Positions 54,597-63,588 of a DNA stretch of 64,000 nucleotides are shown here, piece by piece. Within the stretch, counting starts at the first letter, position 1. Each line of letters begins with the position of its first letter. Origin of the DNA: a virus; the IMG/VR virus record IMGVR_UViG_3300021091_000012, one strand, 5' to 3'. The notes beneath the pieces are model-generated. The model ran no database searches. It was not told the origin of the DNA and saw only the letters and a list, made by a program, of their open reading frames with translations. The position numbers and the translations under genes are program-made.

Positions 54597-56591
54597 TTAT
54601 TTACTCATTAACTGTTTGTTCATGTGGTCAGCTATCTGCATTGCATTCGATGCATCAGGTAAGCATTTGCTTTGCTTCTCTCCGTACATCTGTTTAAAGT
54701 TTCTATAGCTTCCGTAGTTCTCCTGTCCGAAGAAGTATCCTATGTGTTTGATCCCTAGCTCATTGTTTATCTTTCTTACCTGGTTAGCTGTGTGTCTTAT
54801 AGCAGCGTGTCCGTAGTAACCTTCGTGGCCTGGCTCCCCGTCGCAGATGTTGATTAAGTAACTATCTTTCTCACTCGTGGAAGGTATTAGTAACTTTTTG
54901 TTTATCATTGCTTCGAGACATAAACCCTCTGGTGTCATTGAGTTAGCACCCATTAGGCTTAGCACTGTGTTAAGGAAGTTTAACTTGTTAACTCGTGAGT
55001 CGTATACAATTGATACTACTGGGTTGTGACCTTCTGTGTCTCTTGTTGATATTTGAAGTTCCAACCCGTCAATCATGCTAACTGCTTTTCCTAATGCTGC
55101 TGCTAGTTTAACTGAGTTGTACCATTTCGATCCTGCCATACTTCCACTAGCATCTAGTGTAAGGTGGATGTTAGCTTGCTTGTACTTGTCTATGTGTATT
55201 TGATTGAACACTGTCTCTATTCCGTATCCTGCGTGAGCTATTCGTTTGCTGTCTATCTTACCACTTCGAAGACGGTTCTGCTCTAGTGACTTAGCTTCTC
55301 TACGTGTAAGTAACTTACGACCTAGGATCGCTCCTAGTTGTACCCCTTCGAGAATGTATTGATCTTGAGTCTTATGAGAACATTTGCTGAAGCATTTTGG
55401 CATCATGTTAGCTAACTCTTCATATCTATTTCTCTGATCTAGTGTTCTAGTACTCCATGTGAGGTTTGACAACTCTAAGTACTCACCAACTAATCCCTGT
55501 AATTTGTAAGTCTCGTTGATCAAGCAATCGTAACCTCTCTTACCGAACCCTTGTCCTACTGGAGTAAAATCGATTGGTGCGTCTTGTAAGTTTGCAATTT
55601 TGTTTTGTAGTGATCTGTTTGCTACCTTCTTGTCAACCTCACCATTGATAAGCTTTCTAGCTTCTCGTACAGCTTCCTCAGCTTTTCTTCTATCACTAGG
55701 AGACATCTCTGGCTCTTCTTCACCTTCTCCATCTTCTCCATCTTCTTCTCCCTCTCCCTCTTCACTCGATGAACCACCTTGCGATTTTCCATTAGGAGCG
55801 CTGTTGCCTTCTTCCTCTTCCTCAGACTCTTGAGGTGTTGAACTACCAGCTGGAAGGTTAGACATTATAATGTTGTAAATCTCCTCAGCGACTGTAAGTG
55901 CATCTTCTGTGGATTTCAGACGATCAATATTGTTAATGTCAACTGTCTTTGTAATCTGCATTAACCCTGGAAGTGCATTAGGTTTGAACTCTGGGTGAAG
56001 CATTCCGATCAAGTGAACCATGTAAGATTCGAACTCTACTGTGTTGTTAGCTTTAAGCGCTAATCCCATCTCCTCTGTACGGAAGTAGTGATCATACAAT
56101 TTGTGGTAGTAAGCTTTGTAACCTGGAGAAGACTTAAACACTAGGTTATCTATCCGTCTGTCTTCTACGTAGTTAAGGATCTCTTTAATTCGTTGACCCT
56201 TCTCACTATGCTCTCCGTGTAATGCACTAATGTGTTTGAGAGTATTGAAGTTAGTGTACTTTAAGTGACTAGCTTCGTGCAAAGCTAAACCAGCATACAC
56301 GTCAAAGTTCTTATCTGAAATGTCTGTTGCAATCGTAACGTGTTGATTATCAGTGTAAGAGTTAGTACCTTTAAATATCACTGGAACGTCTCTCTGAGAT
56401 AGAATCTTTACGAAGTTAGCAATAGCTCTCTGATACTTACGTAACTTCAGGGCTTTCACAGTATCGTTGTTCCTACCTGCATAAAAGTCACCTAAACTAG
56501 TAGCATTTTTGTCTAACCAGAATCCACTATAGACGTGGTTGTTAGAGGCTTTTGCCGTCTTGCCTTTCTTGTTGTTAAATATAATTGCCAT
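54597..56591 (-). CDS. vWA-domain protein with N-terminal HExxH metallopeptidase-like region (CobT-like AAA partner)
   Basis: LALHEASHL, NYVEDRRID, acidic linker, MIDAS LDASGSM, TPEG, ICDGEP. Confidence 0.85.
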   Translation of the reverse strand: MAIIFNNKKGKTAKASNNHVYSGFWLDKNATSLGDFYAGRNNDTVKALKLRKYQRAIANFVKILSQRDVPVIFKGTNSYTDNQHVTIATDISDKNFDVYAGLALHEASHLKYTNFNTLKHISALHGEHSEKGQRIKEILNYVEDRRIDNLVFKSSPGYKAYYHKLYDHYFRTEEMGLALKANNTVEFESYMVHLIGMLHPEFKPNALPGLMQITKTVDINNIDRLKSTEDALTVAEEIYNIIMSNLPAGSSTPQESEEEEEGNSAPNGKSQGGSSSEEGEGEEDGEDGEGEEEPEMSPSDRRKAEEAVREARKLINGEVDKKVANRSLQNKIANLQDAPIDFTPVGQGFGKRGYDCLINETYKLQGLVGEYLELSNLTWSTRTLDQRNRYEELANMMPKCFSKCSHKTQDQYILEGVQLGAILGRKLLTRREAKSLEQNRLRSGKIDSKRIAHAGYGIETVFNQIHIDKYKQANIHLTLDASGSMAGSKWYNSVKLAAALGKAVSMIDGLELQISTRDTEGHNPVVSIVYDSRVNKLNFLNTVLSLMGANSMTPEGLCLEAMINKKLLIPSTSEKDSYLINICDGEPGHEGYYGHAAIRHTANQVRKINNELGIKHIGYFFGQENYGSYRNFKQMYGEKQSKCLPDASNAMQIADHMNKQLMSK

Positions 56592-56605
56592 ATCTCTTAA
56601 TCTTA

Positions 56606-56641
56606 TATCTAAAGGTCCCCCTTATTTTCTTATAGTGCAAC
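56606..56641 (-). promoter_or_regulatory. Early promoter GTTG-N20-GACCTTTAG
   Basis: Repeated motif with exact 20-nt spacer. Confidence 0.7.
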
Positions 56642-56659
56642 AGTTTGGGGAAAAAAATT

Positions 56660-56938
56660 TCACTCTTTTGCCATTTTCTTATAGATCTTCTCATCCGAAA
56701 ACGCTGCGTTACTCTTACGTATCATGTTGCTAAACCATGCGGCATACTTTGCCTGATTCCATGCTTCTCTCACTGTTGATGCGGGAGGTAGCATTAGCTC
56801 TGTGCTGACAATACTATAACCATTACCATCAACTACAGCATACGATCCATTCGATCTCATTATAGTGTAGGCTCCAGGGAAACGCTTCTGTACGAAGCGC
56901 TTCACTTTTTGGAACTCCTTTTGCTCTAACGTTATCAT
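56660..56938 (-). CDS. Hypothetical protein
   Basis: 92-aa ORF coupled (TAATG) to the AAA gene. Confidence 0.65.
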   Translation of the reverse strand: MITLEQKEFQKVKRFVQKRFPGAYTIMRSNGSYAVVDGNGYSIVSTELMLPPASTVREAWNQAKYAAWFSNMIRKSNAAFSDEKIYKKMAKE

Positions 56939-58083
56939 TAGAATGCTGTGTTTTCTGTATTGACATCATCTACTAACTTCTCATCTGTACCATCCGGGAT
57001 GTGTTTCTGAACGATCTGTTTCACGAATGTTCTCTCTGACTGAAGACCTCCTTCTGCACTATACATCGGGTAGATACCTACACTAGCTACTTCTCCAAGC
57101 GAGAATCCATCAACCATTAACCCGGCCATCTCTATCACTGACCTCGTGGATATCATTGTACTTACTTGAGGCATATCACTTTGTAACTCTCGTCGTGTAG
57201 CTTCCGCAATCTCTGCAAGGGCTAGCGCATCTTTCATTAACAACTCAGGGTAGATCTTACCTAGTAAGTTAACCTCCTGACCAGCAGTTAAATATGGTAT
57301 CTCTGCAATCGTGAATCGGTCCATTAACGCTCGGTCCATTACTCTTACTGCAGTATATTCAGCACCTAAGTTCGCAGTAGCAATAAAGCTTACTCCCTCT
57401 GCTACCTTGACTGTTGGAGCTCCTACAGCCTCATCTAACCTCAAGTATCTTTGTCCTGGATCTAAGACTGTCATCAAAATGTTCCAAGCCTCAGGGTGTG
57501 CTCTCGATATCTCATCTAACAGTATCACTGTGTTTGGTGTCTTAATGGCTTGAACGAAAGCAGACTCATTAAAGAAAGTACCTACATCCTTGGAGAAGTG
57601 GGTGTTACCAATCAATGTACCTCGTGGATCCTGTGTGGCTCCTAAGTTGACATAAAACAACTCACGACCTAGGGCCTTTGCAACTGCAATGGCTGTCTGT
57701 GACTTACCAGTACCAGTGGGACCGGTCAACATCATGTTACGTCCACGATACACATTACGACAGATAAACTTCCAAGTCAAGTCCTCCATGAACAAGTCCT
57801 TAGGACGTTTCTCAGTACAAGTCTTTAAAAACATTGCAACCTCACTTTCTACTGTATTTGCGGGCTCTTCCGCAGTAAGAGTGGAGGTGTTCTCAACTTG
57901 TGTCCAAGAAGAATTCTCATTCTCTTTGTACAACCATTTACCATTCTTCATGGCGTTAGACAATGTTACATACACAATCTCTCTTGTGATGTCTTCACCG
58001 GTAGCAACGTTAAATGCTCTAGTGGTTTCTTTACCGCCTTTCCCAGGGGCTTTTGTTACTTGGGCTAAAACTGGATATTTCAT
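56938..58083 (-). CDS. MoxR/CbbQ/CobS-type AAA+ ATPase
   Basis: Walker A GPTGTGKS, Walker B LLDEISRA, IATAN, MDRALMDRF, ISTR. Confidence 0.92.
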   Translation of the reverse strand: MKYPVLAQVTKAPGKGGKETTRAFNVATGEDITREIVYVTLSNAMKNGKWLYKENENSSWTQVENTSTLTAEEPANTVESEVAMFLKTCTEKRPKDLFMEDLTWKFICRNVYRGRNMMLTGPTGTGKSQTAIAVAKALGRELFYVNLGATQDPRGTLIGNTHFSKDVGTFFNESAFVQAIKTPNTVILLDEISRAHPEAWNILMTVLDPGQRYLRLDEAVGAPTVKVAEGVSFIATANLGAEYTAVRVMDRALMDRFTIAEIPYLTAGQEVNLLGKIYPELLMKDALALAEIAEATRRELQSDMPQVSTMISTRSVIEMAGLMVDGFSLGEVASVGIYPMYSAEGGLQSERTFVKQIVQKHIPDGTDEKLVDDVNTENTAF

Positions 58084-58152
58084 ATCTTTCTTTTTTATAT
58101 TATAAATTTCACTACTTAATTTGTAATTTGCAACAGTTGTGCAAAACTTTTT

Positions 58153-58386
58153 TTACATACATCTGTAATGATCTGTCTGGGTCCAATACTCGTACCAAGC
58201 AGCTTCGTCAGCATAAATCTCAGTGAGGGGAACCTTCTTCTCGTAAACTTTACCACCCCAGATGGCACCTAAGTTACACCACTTACTGTTTAGTCTAGTG
58301 ATACGTGCCCATCCGGCTTCGTATCTTACTATTGTTCCTACTTCGAGCTCTACTCCGTTCTTGTCTGTGATTGCGTAATAATTCAT
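58153..58386 (-). CDS. Hypothetical early protein
   Basis: DKNGVELEVG N-terminus; early promoter upstream. Confidence 0.65.
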   Translation of the reverse strand: MNYYAITDKNGVELEVGTIVRYEAGWARITRLNSKWCNLGAIWGGKVYEKKVPLTEIYADEAAWYEYWTQTDHYRCM

Positions 58387-58408
58387 ATCTTTTATTTTTC
58401 AATTTTTA

Positions 58409-58444
58409 TACCTAAAGGTCGTCCAGGTTTTCCAAATATGCAAC
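58409..58444 (-). promoter_or_regulatory. Early promoter GTTG-N20-GACCTTTAG
   Basis: Repeated motif. Confidence 0.7.
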
Positions 58445-58770
58445 AGCTCACTAAAAATAAAATTCAAAAGTTATGAACCGATGTGTGTTACTGGGGGGGG
58501 GAGGGGGAAGGAGTTATGAAAAGATATGCACAAGTTATGAACCGGGGTGGGTGTATAACTTCTATAGAAAAAATTTGCAAATCGCGCGGCATGTGTGTAT
58601 ACCATCCACCCCCCATATATAATAAACAAACCCTTGTTATGTGTGGTAGTGTCTATCTTATCGTTTCGTGGGTAAACGGTACTATAAAATTGAATGTCTA
58701 TTACAATAGTGATGTTAACCGTGTATTATGGTTAAAGGTATAGACTGATGTGAGTAGCGTACTATGGGTA

Positions 58771-58804
58771 GTTGGGTGTAAACCTTCTCATACACCCAAT
58801 CGTT
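58771..58804 (-). repeat. Truncated second copy of the cassette att arm, forming a short hairpin
   Basis: 58780-58802 is the exact reverse complement of 44812-44834 (23 bp) and continues with the predicted GTT core. Confidence 0.8.
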
Positions 58805-58805
58805 T

Positions 58806-59030
58806 TTATCCTTTTAACATAAAATTATCAACTACTATTAATTGTTTCTCCAGGATTGTTATGAACTTAGACTTAGCTTGTAGTTCATCCTTTAGCAATG
58901 CAATCATCTCCTCCTGCAGCTTTATGATTTGCTGTTGGCTTTCAATCGTTGCTTGTTGCTCTCTCATGTTTAAGTTGGCATCGTTGACGATCATTGTCAT
59001 GTCGTCGATCTCTCTTTGTGTTAAACTCAT
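58806..59030 (-). CDS. Small coiled-coil protein
   Basis: 74-aa heptad-rich ORF whose stop is immediately followed by the att-arm copy. Confidence 0.55.
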   Translation of the reverse strand: MSLTQREIDDMTMIVNDANLNMREQQATIESQQQIIKLQEEMIALLKDELQAKSKFITILEKQLIVVDNFMLKG

Positions 59031-59137
59031 TTCGATAATATAAAAGTTGTTACTCGTATAGCAATAGCTACTATGTATAAGGCAATTACCCCTCCAGCAA
59101 CTGCTAATACTACTTTGTGAAATCTATCGTGATCCAT
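59027..59137 (-). CDS. Small membrane peptide (36 aa)
   Basis: MDHDRFHKVVLAVAGGVIALYIVAIAIRVTTFILSK; ATGA overlap with the next gene. Confidence 0.45.
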   Translation of the reverse strand: MDHDRFHKVVLAVAGGVIALYIVAIAIRVTTFILSK

Positions 59138-59544
59138 GTCTTTTTATTTATACTATTTGCAATTAGTTGTTTAAACTTTGTAGCTGACCATCCATGACTC
59201 CTATCCAAGTAATGAATTGGTATGTTTAGGTCATCCCCAGTAAACGATCTGTTTACGTAATCATCACCTAAGAAGCGAACACTAAAGTCACCATCTGCCA
59301 GTATGCGATATAAATCAGATTCCAGTCGATATGGTATGACATAGTCAATCTGTTTGAGCGATTGTACGATTTTGCATCTATCGTGGAAGTTTAGTATGGG
59401 TTTAAGCTTTTCTGGTCGTTCTTCGTTAGGATCCTGATGTAGACAAACAACTAAGTAGTCACAATGCTCTTTGCACGTGTTAAGCATATCAATGTAACCT
59501 GGATGTATTACATCAAACGCACCTGCTATAACTCCTTTCCTCAT
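59110..59544 (-). CDS. Cytidylyltransferase-family protein (TagD/RfaE-like)
   Basis: GAFDVIHPGY (HxGH-like), YLVVCL, KPI, IDYV, GDDY, RSHGWSAT; start at ATG 59544. Confidence 0.85.
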   Translation of the reverse strand: MRKGVIAGAFDVIHPGYIDMLNTCKEHCDYLVVCLHQDPNEERPEKLKPILNFHDRCKIVQSLKQIDYVIPYRLESDLYRILADGDFSVRFLGDDYVNRSFTGDDLNIPIHYLDRSHGWSATKFKQLIANSINKKTWITIDFTK

Positions 59545-59604
59545 GTGGCTAAACATTATACTTGAAGATACTACCTTTGTATTGATTTTGCAACAGTTGT
59601 GCAT

Positions 59605-59630
59605 AAAAAAAGGAGATTTTTCAATCTCCT
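59605..59630 (-). terminator. Intrinsic terminator
   Basis: Minus strand AGGAGATT-GAAA-AATCTCCT followed by a T-tract. Confidence 0.75.
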
Positions 59631-59644
59631 CTGTTTGTGGTGTT

Positions 59645-59788
59645 TTAATGCCCTTGTCCTATGTAAGGTTTGACCCAACTCTTGCTTTTCTTGCTTCTAC
59701 TAACTTTAGTCTTTGCATGCACTCCTGGTCTTTTCTTTCTTGGTTTGGCGATCCACACCTTTGCTGTTTGCGTTTTTGCTTTTGCCAT
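59645..59788 (-). CDS. Small, highly basic protein (47 aa)
   Basis: MAKAKTQTAKVWIAKPRKKRPGVHAKTKVSRSKKSKSWVKPYIGQGH; TATTTATA upstream at ~59849-59856 and a terminator downstream. Confidence 0.65.
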   Translation of the reverse strand: MAKAKTQTAKVWIAKPRKKRPGVHAKTKVSRSKKSKSWVKPYIGQGH

Positions 59789-59858
59789 GTTACAATGTTA
59801 CCGTGTACTATTAAACAATTCCCACATAACCCTGTAACCGCTTACAGCTATAAATAGT

Positions 59859-60443
59859 CTAATCCCACCATCTTTCTATGTGATCGCTCATAATTTTGAA
59901 TATCAACTCTCTACAACGATCTTGATTCAAGTGAGCAATCTCCATTGCTAGTCTATGTGTGTCAGTTGTATCTACAACATAACCTTCTTCTTTATGTCGA
60001 GTAAGATAACCCTCACCATTAAGCACTCTTTTGTATTGTCTAGGGTACTTAGCAAAGTATTCAGCGTGTCTTTCGGATAAAGTTTTACTCTTCCACTCAC
60101 TGCAACCTTCATGCTCTTCACAAGGTTCGAACCAATGTTCAATCTCTTCATAATCCATATACTCCATCCGATAGAACTCCTCCTGCTGCAGCTTGATCAG
60201 CTTAACTACCAATCTTATTCTCTCAGCATCTCGCTTAGCTTCTGTGTGGAAGTCTCTGTCGCCAATGTACTTTGCTTGAAACTCTAGTTTTTTAGCTAGT
60301 AAGTTGTAGATGAAGTCTTGATCCCAGTCTCGATCATTCCATATAGTTGGAAACCATCTCCACAAATTTCTTACTCCTCTAACAAACTCTTTATGCATGT
60401 AGCGTCCGTCAAACTTCCACCACAACCTTACTCTATCAAACAT
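59859..60443 (-). CDS. Hypothetical protein
   Basis: 194-aa ORF; WFPTIWNDRDWD ... WWD. Confidence 0.7.
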   Translation of the reverse strand: MFDRVRLWWKFDGRYMHKEFVRGVRNLWRWFPTIWNDRDWDQDFIYNLLAKKLEFQAKYIGDRDFHTEAKRDAERIRLVVKLIKLQQEEFYRMEYMDYEEIEHWFEPCEEHEGCSEWKSKTLSERHAEYFAKYPRQYKRVLNGEGYLTRHKEEGYVVDTTDTHRLAMEIAHLNQDRCRELIFKIMSDHIERWWD

Positions 60444-60457
60444 CTTTACTTTTAATT

Positions 60458-60856
60458 TTATATTGGATTACCTTGAGCTTCATCATATATGCTGATTGGG
60501 CCAAACAATTCGTAACTACTATTCTGTGTCTTGAACTTCAAATACTCTTCTTTCAGTTCGGCGATTTCAACAATAGGTGTAGTAAGCCAAGTGAAGCTAG
60601 CACCATACTGAGGATCTAGTAATACGCTGAGTCCTGCTTTAGGGAAGTCGTGTAGCTTCTTCCCGCGACTACCCAACTCTTCACTCTCCCATTCAACAAA
60701 TTTCATCTGACTAGCTCTATGTGTCTCACCGTTGCTCTTTATTAGAGTGTATGTGGAGTTAGTGGTATCACATTCATTACACACATCTACTGGTGATCTT
60801 AGTCCCTTTTGTCTGTGTGGAGTTACTTTCTCACAATTCTTACAATATCTTTTCAT
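60458..60856 (-). CDS. Hypothetical protein with zinc ribbon
   Basis: CKNC...H...CNEC; FTWLTTPI. Confidence 0.65.
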   Translation of the reverse strand: MKRYCKNCEKVTPHRQKGLRSPVDVCNECDTTNSTYTLIKSNGETHRASQMKFVEWESEELGSRGKKLHDFPKAGLSVLLDPQYGASFTWLTTPIVEIAELKEEYLKFKTQNSSYELFGPISIYDEAQGNPI

Positions 60857-60859
60857 ACA

Positions 60860-61297
60860 TTATATATGATAGTAGCTAGCAAAGTATTCATCTACAACCT
60901 TTTCAGCTTTGGTAATGGCAGTATCGATTTCGTCATCAAAATCACCATAGATTCTTAGCATACCAAATTTCTCTTTAATGTCGTAAATTCTATAACCTTT
61001 TGTAATCTTATTAAGTAGGTTATGCAGCGTTTGGTTACGCACTCTTACTAGTGAATTATCATTACCATATAAGTTAAGTAAATTCAATACAAATCGAGGG
61101 CACCACCATGGTTTGGCTTTGCTATCAACTAACTTGATTACATCCTCAATAACCTGATAAGGTTCTCCAGCTTCCTCTTTAAAGAGGTTGAACGTATAAC
61201 CCAGATAGTCGTATTTATAGTCTCTACGATTGGAAAAGCACCACTCGATCTCCTGCCAAGTAATCGGATCCCATTTAATTTTGTTAGCTCTACTCAT
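60860..61297 (-). CDS. Hypothetical protein
   Basis: IKEKFGMLRIY motif; start probably MSRANK at 61297. Confidence 0.6.
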   Translation of the reverse strand: MSRANKIKWDPITWQEIEWCFSNRRDYKYDYLGYTFNLFKEEAGEPYQVIEDVIKLVDSKAKPWWCPRFVLNLLNLYGNDNSLVRVRNQTLHNLLNKITKGYRIYDIKEKFGMLRIYGDFDDEIDTAITKAEKVVDEYFASYYHI

Positions 61298-61307
61298 ATT
61301 GTTAACA

Positions 61308-61736
61308 TTATTTAATGTAAAACTTACTTGCTGCAAACTCCTCCTTAGTCATTAATCTTGTACAATTCTGATTAGGATCATCTACATGAAACTTATAATC
61401 CGGCTCTGTCAAACTCTTAGCGTAGTTGCAATAATTATCATATTGATTATCGAGAGTGCGGTCAAATTTAAGTCCCCACATCAATCCCATCATAGACATT
61501 TCACGCTCAGCCATCTTAGCATACATTCTTAGCTTGTTTTGCAAATACTTCTTACCCCACTTCAACCATGCATGATATTGATCTTCAGTCATAGTCCAGT
61601 TATTAAACCAATCATCCTTACGACCCTTCACATCTTCATACGTGACATCATGTCCAGCTATCTTGAACATTTCGTTGATAACATCAATTACTGTCTGCTC
61701 TTCTCTTTCTTTTCTTGTTAGCCTTTTTGTTTTCAT
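61308..61736 (-). CDS. Hypothetical protein
   Basis: 142-aa ORF in operon. Confidence 0.65.
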   Translation of the reverse strand: MKTKRLTRKEREEQTVIDVINEMFKIAGHDVTYEDVKGRKDDWFNNWTMTEDQYHAWLKWGKKYLQNKLRMYAKMAEREMSMMGLMWGLKFDRTLDNQYDNYCNYAKSLTEPDYKFHVDDPNQNCTRLMTKEEFAASKFYIK

Positions 61737-62007
61737 ATATTAGTAAATTTGGGTTCTCTTCAATAGGAAAGTACATAAACAAAACGTCTCTGGTTGGTAG
61801 TGTGAAAGTCTCACCGACTACACAATCATAACCCTTTTCCCTCAAAGCTTCGTATGGAGTAGGTGATGTCTCAAATAAGCACAACTCTCTACTAGTTGCA
61901 ACTAACTTAGCTCGCATTGTAGCTGTAAGATTAGTTGAAGCAACGCACCCTACGTAATCTTCTATGTTCCCAGGTAAAGGTTCTCGTTTTGTAACTTTGT
62001 TTCTCAT
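61684..62007 (-). CDS. Hypothetical protein
   Basis: 107-aa ORF in operon. Confidence 0.55.
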   Translation of the reverse strand: MRNKVTKREPLPGNIEDYVGCVASTNLTATMRAKLVATSRELCLFETSPTPYEALREKGYDCVVGETFTLPTRDVLFMYFPIEENPNLLIYENKKANKKRKRRADSN

Positions 62008-62046
62008 GTTGATGAATATAGCTAATTTGTATCAACTATGCAACTG

Positions 62047-62760
62047 TTAGAAATGTTTAATCCAAGTAATTTCATTAGTAATCGGATCCCAGTCGAATGT
62101 AAATGGTTCATGCGCATACTCATATCTTTCGTTAAGCATAGAGGCATTAAAGAAGTGAGTGTGACCATTGTAGTAATGACCATATCCACCATGAATATGA
62201 CCACATACGTGAATCTTAGGTTTGATCAACTCGACACGTTCTTTAAGAAGTTCGCAACCTAGTAGTGGTGTATTGTAAGGAGCACCTGATGTGTCTAAGT
62301 AAGTTTGGGCTGGACCGTGTGTGATAAGTATGTCGATGTCGTTTGGAATATCGTTCCACTTTTGTTCAAGCTCCCAACCACCACGTGGTAAATTGTACGC
62401 CCAGTTGTAAAACTCAGGCTGCCAAGGTGAACCGTATATTGATATTTGATGATCTTGCTCTTCACTCAACCACAACTCCATACGCTCATCTTCTAGGTAG
62501 TCTATATACTTATAACCAGTTAATATGCCTTTAGCCTCTACAGACGCATCTTGCATCCAACGATCGTGATTACCAGCAATGAATACTTTTGTGTCGTAGC
62601 TATTGATCTCATCAAGCCACTTGAAAAACATCATCGCCTCCGTTGGATTGTAACCTGAGTTCATAAAATCACCTGCATGGATTAGTAAGTCTCCACCAGG
62701 AAGATCTTTACTCACTAGGTTGTGTTTAGTGTGAGTGTCTGAAATAAGTGTAACTCTCAT
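62047..62760 (-). CDS. Calcineurin-like metallophosphoesterase (MPPED-like)
   Basis: ISDTH, IHAGD, IAGNHD, LITHGP, CGHIH. Confidence 0.92.
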   Translation of the reverse strand: MRVTLISDTHTKHNLVSKDLPGGDLLIHAGDFMNSGYNPTEAMMFFKWLDEINSYDTKVFIAGNHDRWMQDASVEAKGILTGYKYIDYLEDERMELWLSEEQDHQISIYGSPWQPEFYNWAYNLPRGGWELEQKWNDIPNDIDILITHGPAQTYLDTSGAPYNTPLLGCELLKERVELIKPKIHVCGHIHGGYGHYYNGHTHFFNASMLNERYEYAHEPFTFDWDPITNEITWIKHF

Positions 62761-62900
62761 ATACTGTTTATGTACTGATTAACTAGTATCAATCTTGCCA
62801 TTCGAAATTCACGTGCAATATACAATCGTAAACCATGACGATCTGCGATTTCTGTTAACAGTGGTAACATTTTACTGAGTGGTTGTTTTCCTAATTTCAT
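62757..62900 (-). CDS. Small hypothetical protein (47 aa)
   Basis: MKLGKQPLSKMLPLLTEIADRHGLRLY...; ATGA overlap with the phosphoesterase gene. Confidence 0.45.
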   Translation of the reverse strand: MKLGKQPLSKMLPLLTEIADRHGLRLYIAREFRMARLILVNQYINSI

Positions 62901-62954
62901 AACTTATATTTTTTAATTTGATAATGGTGCTTTAATTATCGTTTCATGCTTTGC

Positions 62955-63563
62955 TTAGTTATTAATAAGTGTCACAGAGTCTGTAATTTGATCGTTTACT
63001 GTGGATGAAGAAGATTCAATGCCTAAGATTGTGATAACAAATTCCTTATTATCGGTATCACCGTTTCTTACTGCCGTCAACTTTAACCCCGATGAAGATA
63101 CCCACGTACAAGATTCACCTTCATATAAATAAAATCTATCTCCAACAAACGGAGATGGAATAACTGCTAAAACCGGATTGTCGTAAAATACTACATACGG
63201 CGTACCGATTTCCGGATTGTTGACAGTGACTAGTACTGGATCACAACCTGGCATATCAATTTCAGCAGACACATCTTTTAGCAAACCTTCTTGATATAAC
63301 AGTAGCCAAGCCAAATTTGAATTTGTCTTGAACGGATTGAAAACATCAAATGGACTTAATCCATACGTACCAGTAGCTTCTGCAATATCAGAATCTTTGC
63401 GTAATACTACAGACTGCTCAGTATATGGTTTGATTGTGAGCATGTTAATTGCTGAGTATGTGTGAACTCCTCCGTCGGGAAGATCGTGGTGGTTTTGTTT
63501 TACCACTAAATGGCTATCTTTGTAAAACCAATTTGCTACCTTTTTTAATAGTTCTTTTTTCAT
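62955..63563 (-). CDS. Hypothetical protein
   Basis: 202-aa ORF. Confidence 0.65.
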   Translation of the reverse strand: MKKELLKKVANWFYKDSHLVVKQNHHDLPDGGVHTYSAINMLTIKPYTEQSVVLRKDSDIAEATGTYGLSPFDVFNPFKTNSNLAWLLLYQEGLLKDVSAEIDMPGCDPVLVTVNNPEIGTPYVVFYDNPVLAVIPSPFVGDRFYLYEGESCTWVSSSGLKLTAVRNGDTDNKEFVITILGIESSSSTVNDQITDSVTLINN

Positions 63564-63588
63564 TAATAACGTATTTGTAATGATGCTT

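Noticed and set aside
54268-54708. Plus-strand 146-aa ORF; likewise 58483-58743, 58750-59043 and the other short plus-strand ORFs
   Set aside because: Atypical composition, against the transcription direction, and overlapping real minus-strand genes or repeat-rich non-coding DNA.
54597-58083. Cobalamin biosynthesis genes cobS/cobT
   Set aside because: No cobN or other cob genes are present; a generic AAA+/vWA pair is the supportable call.
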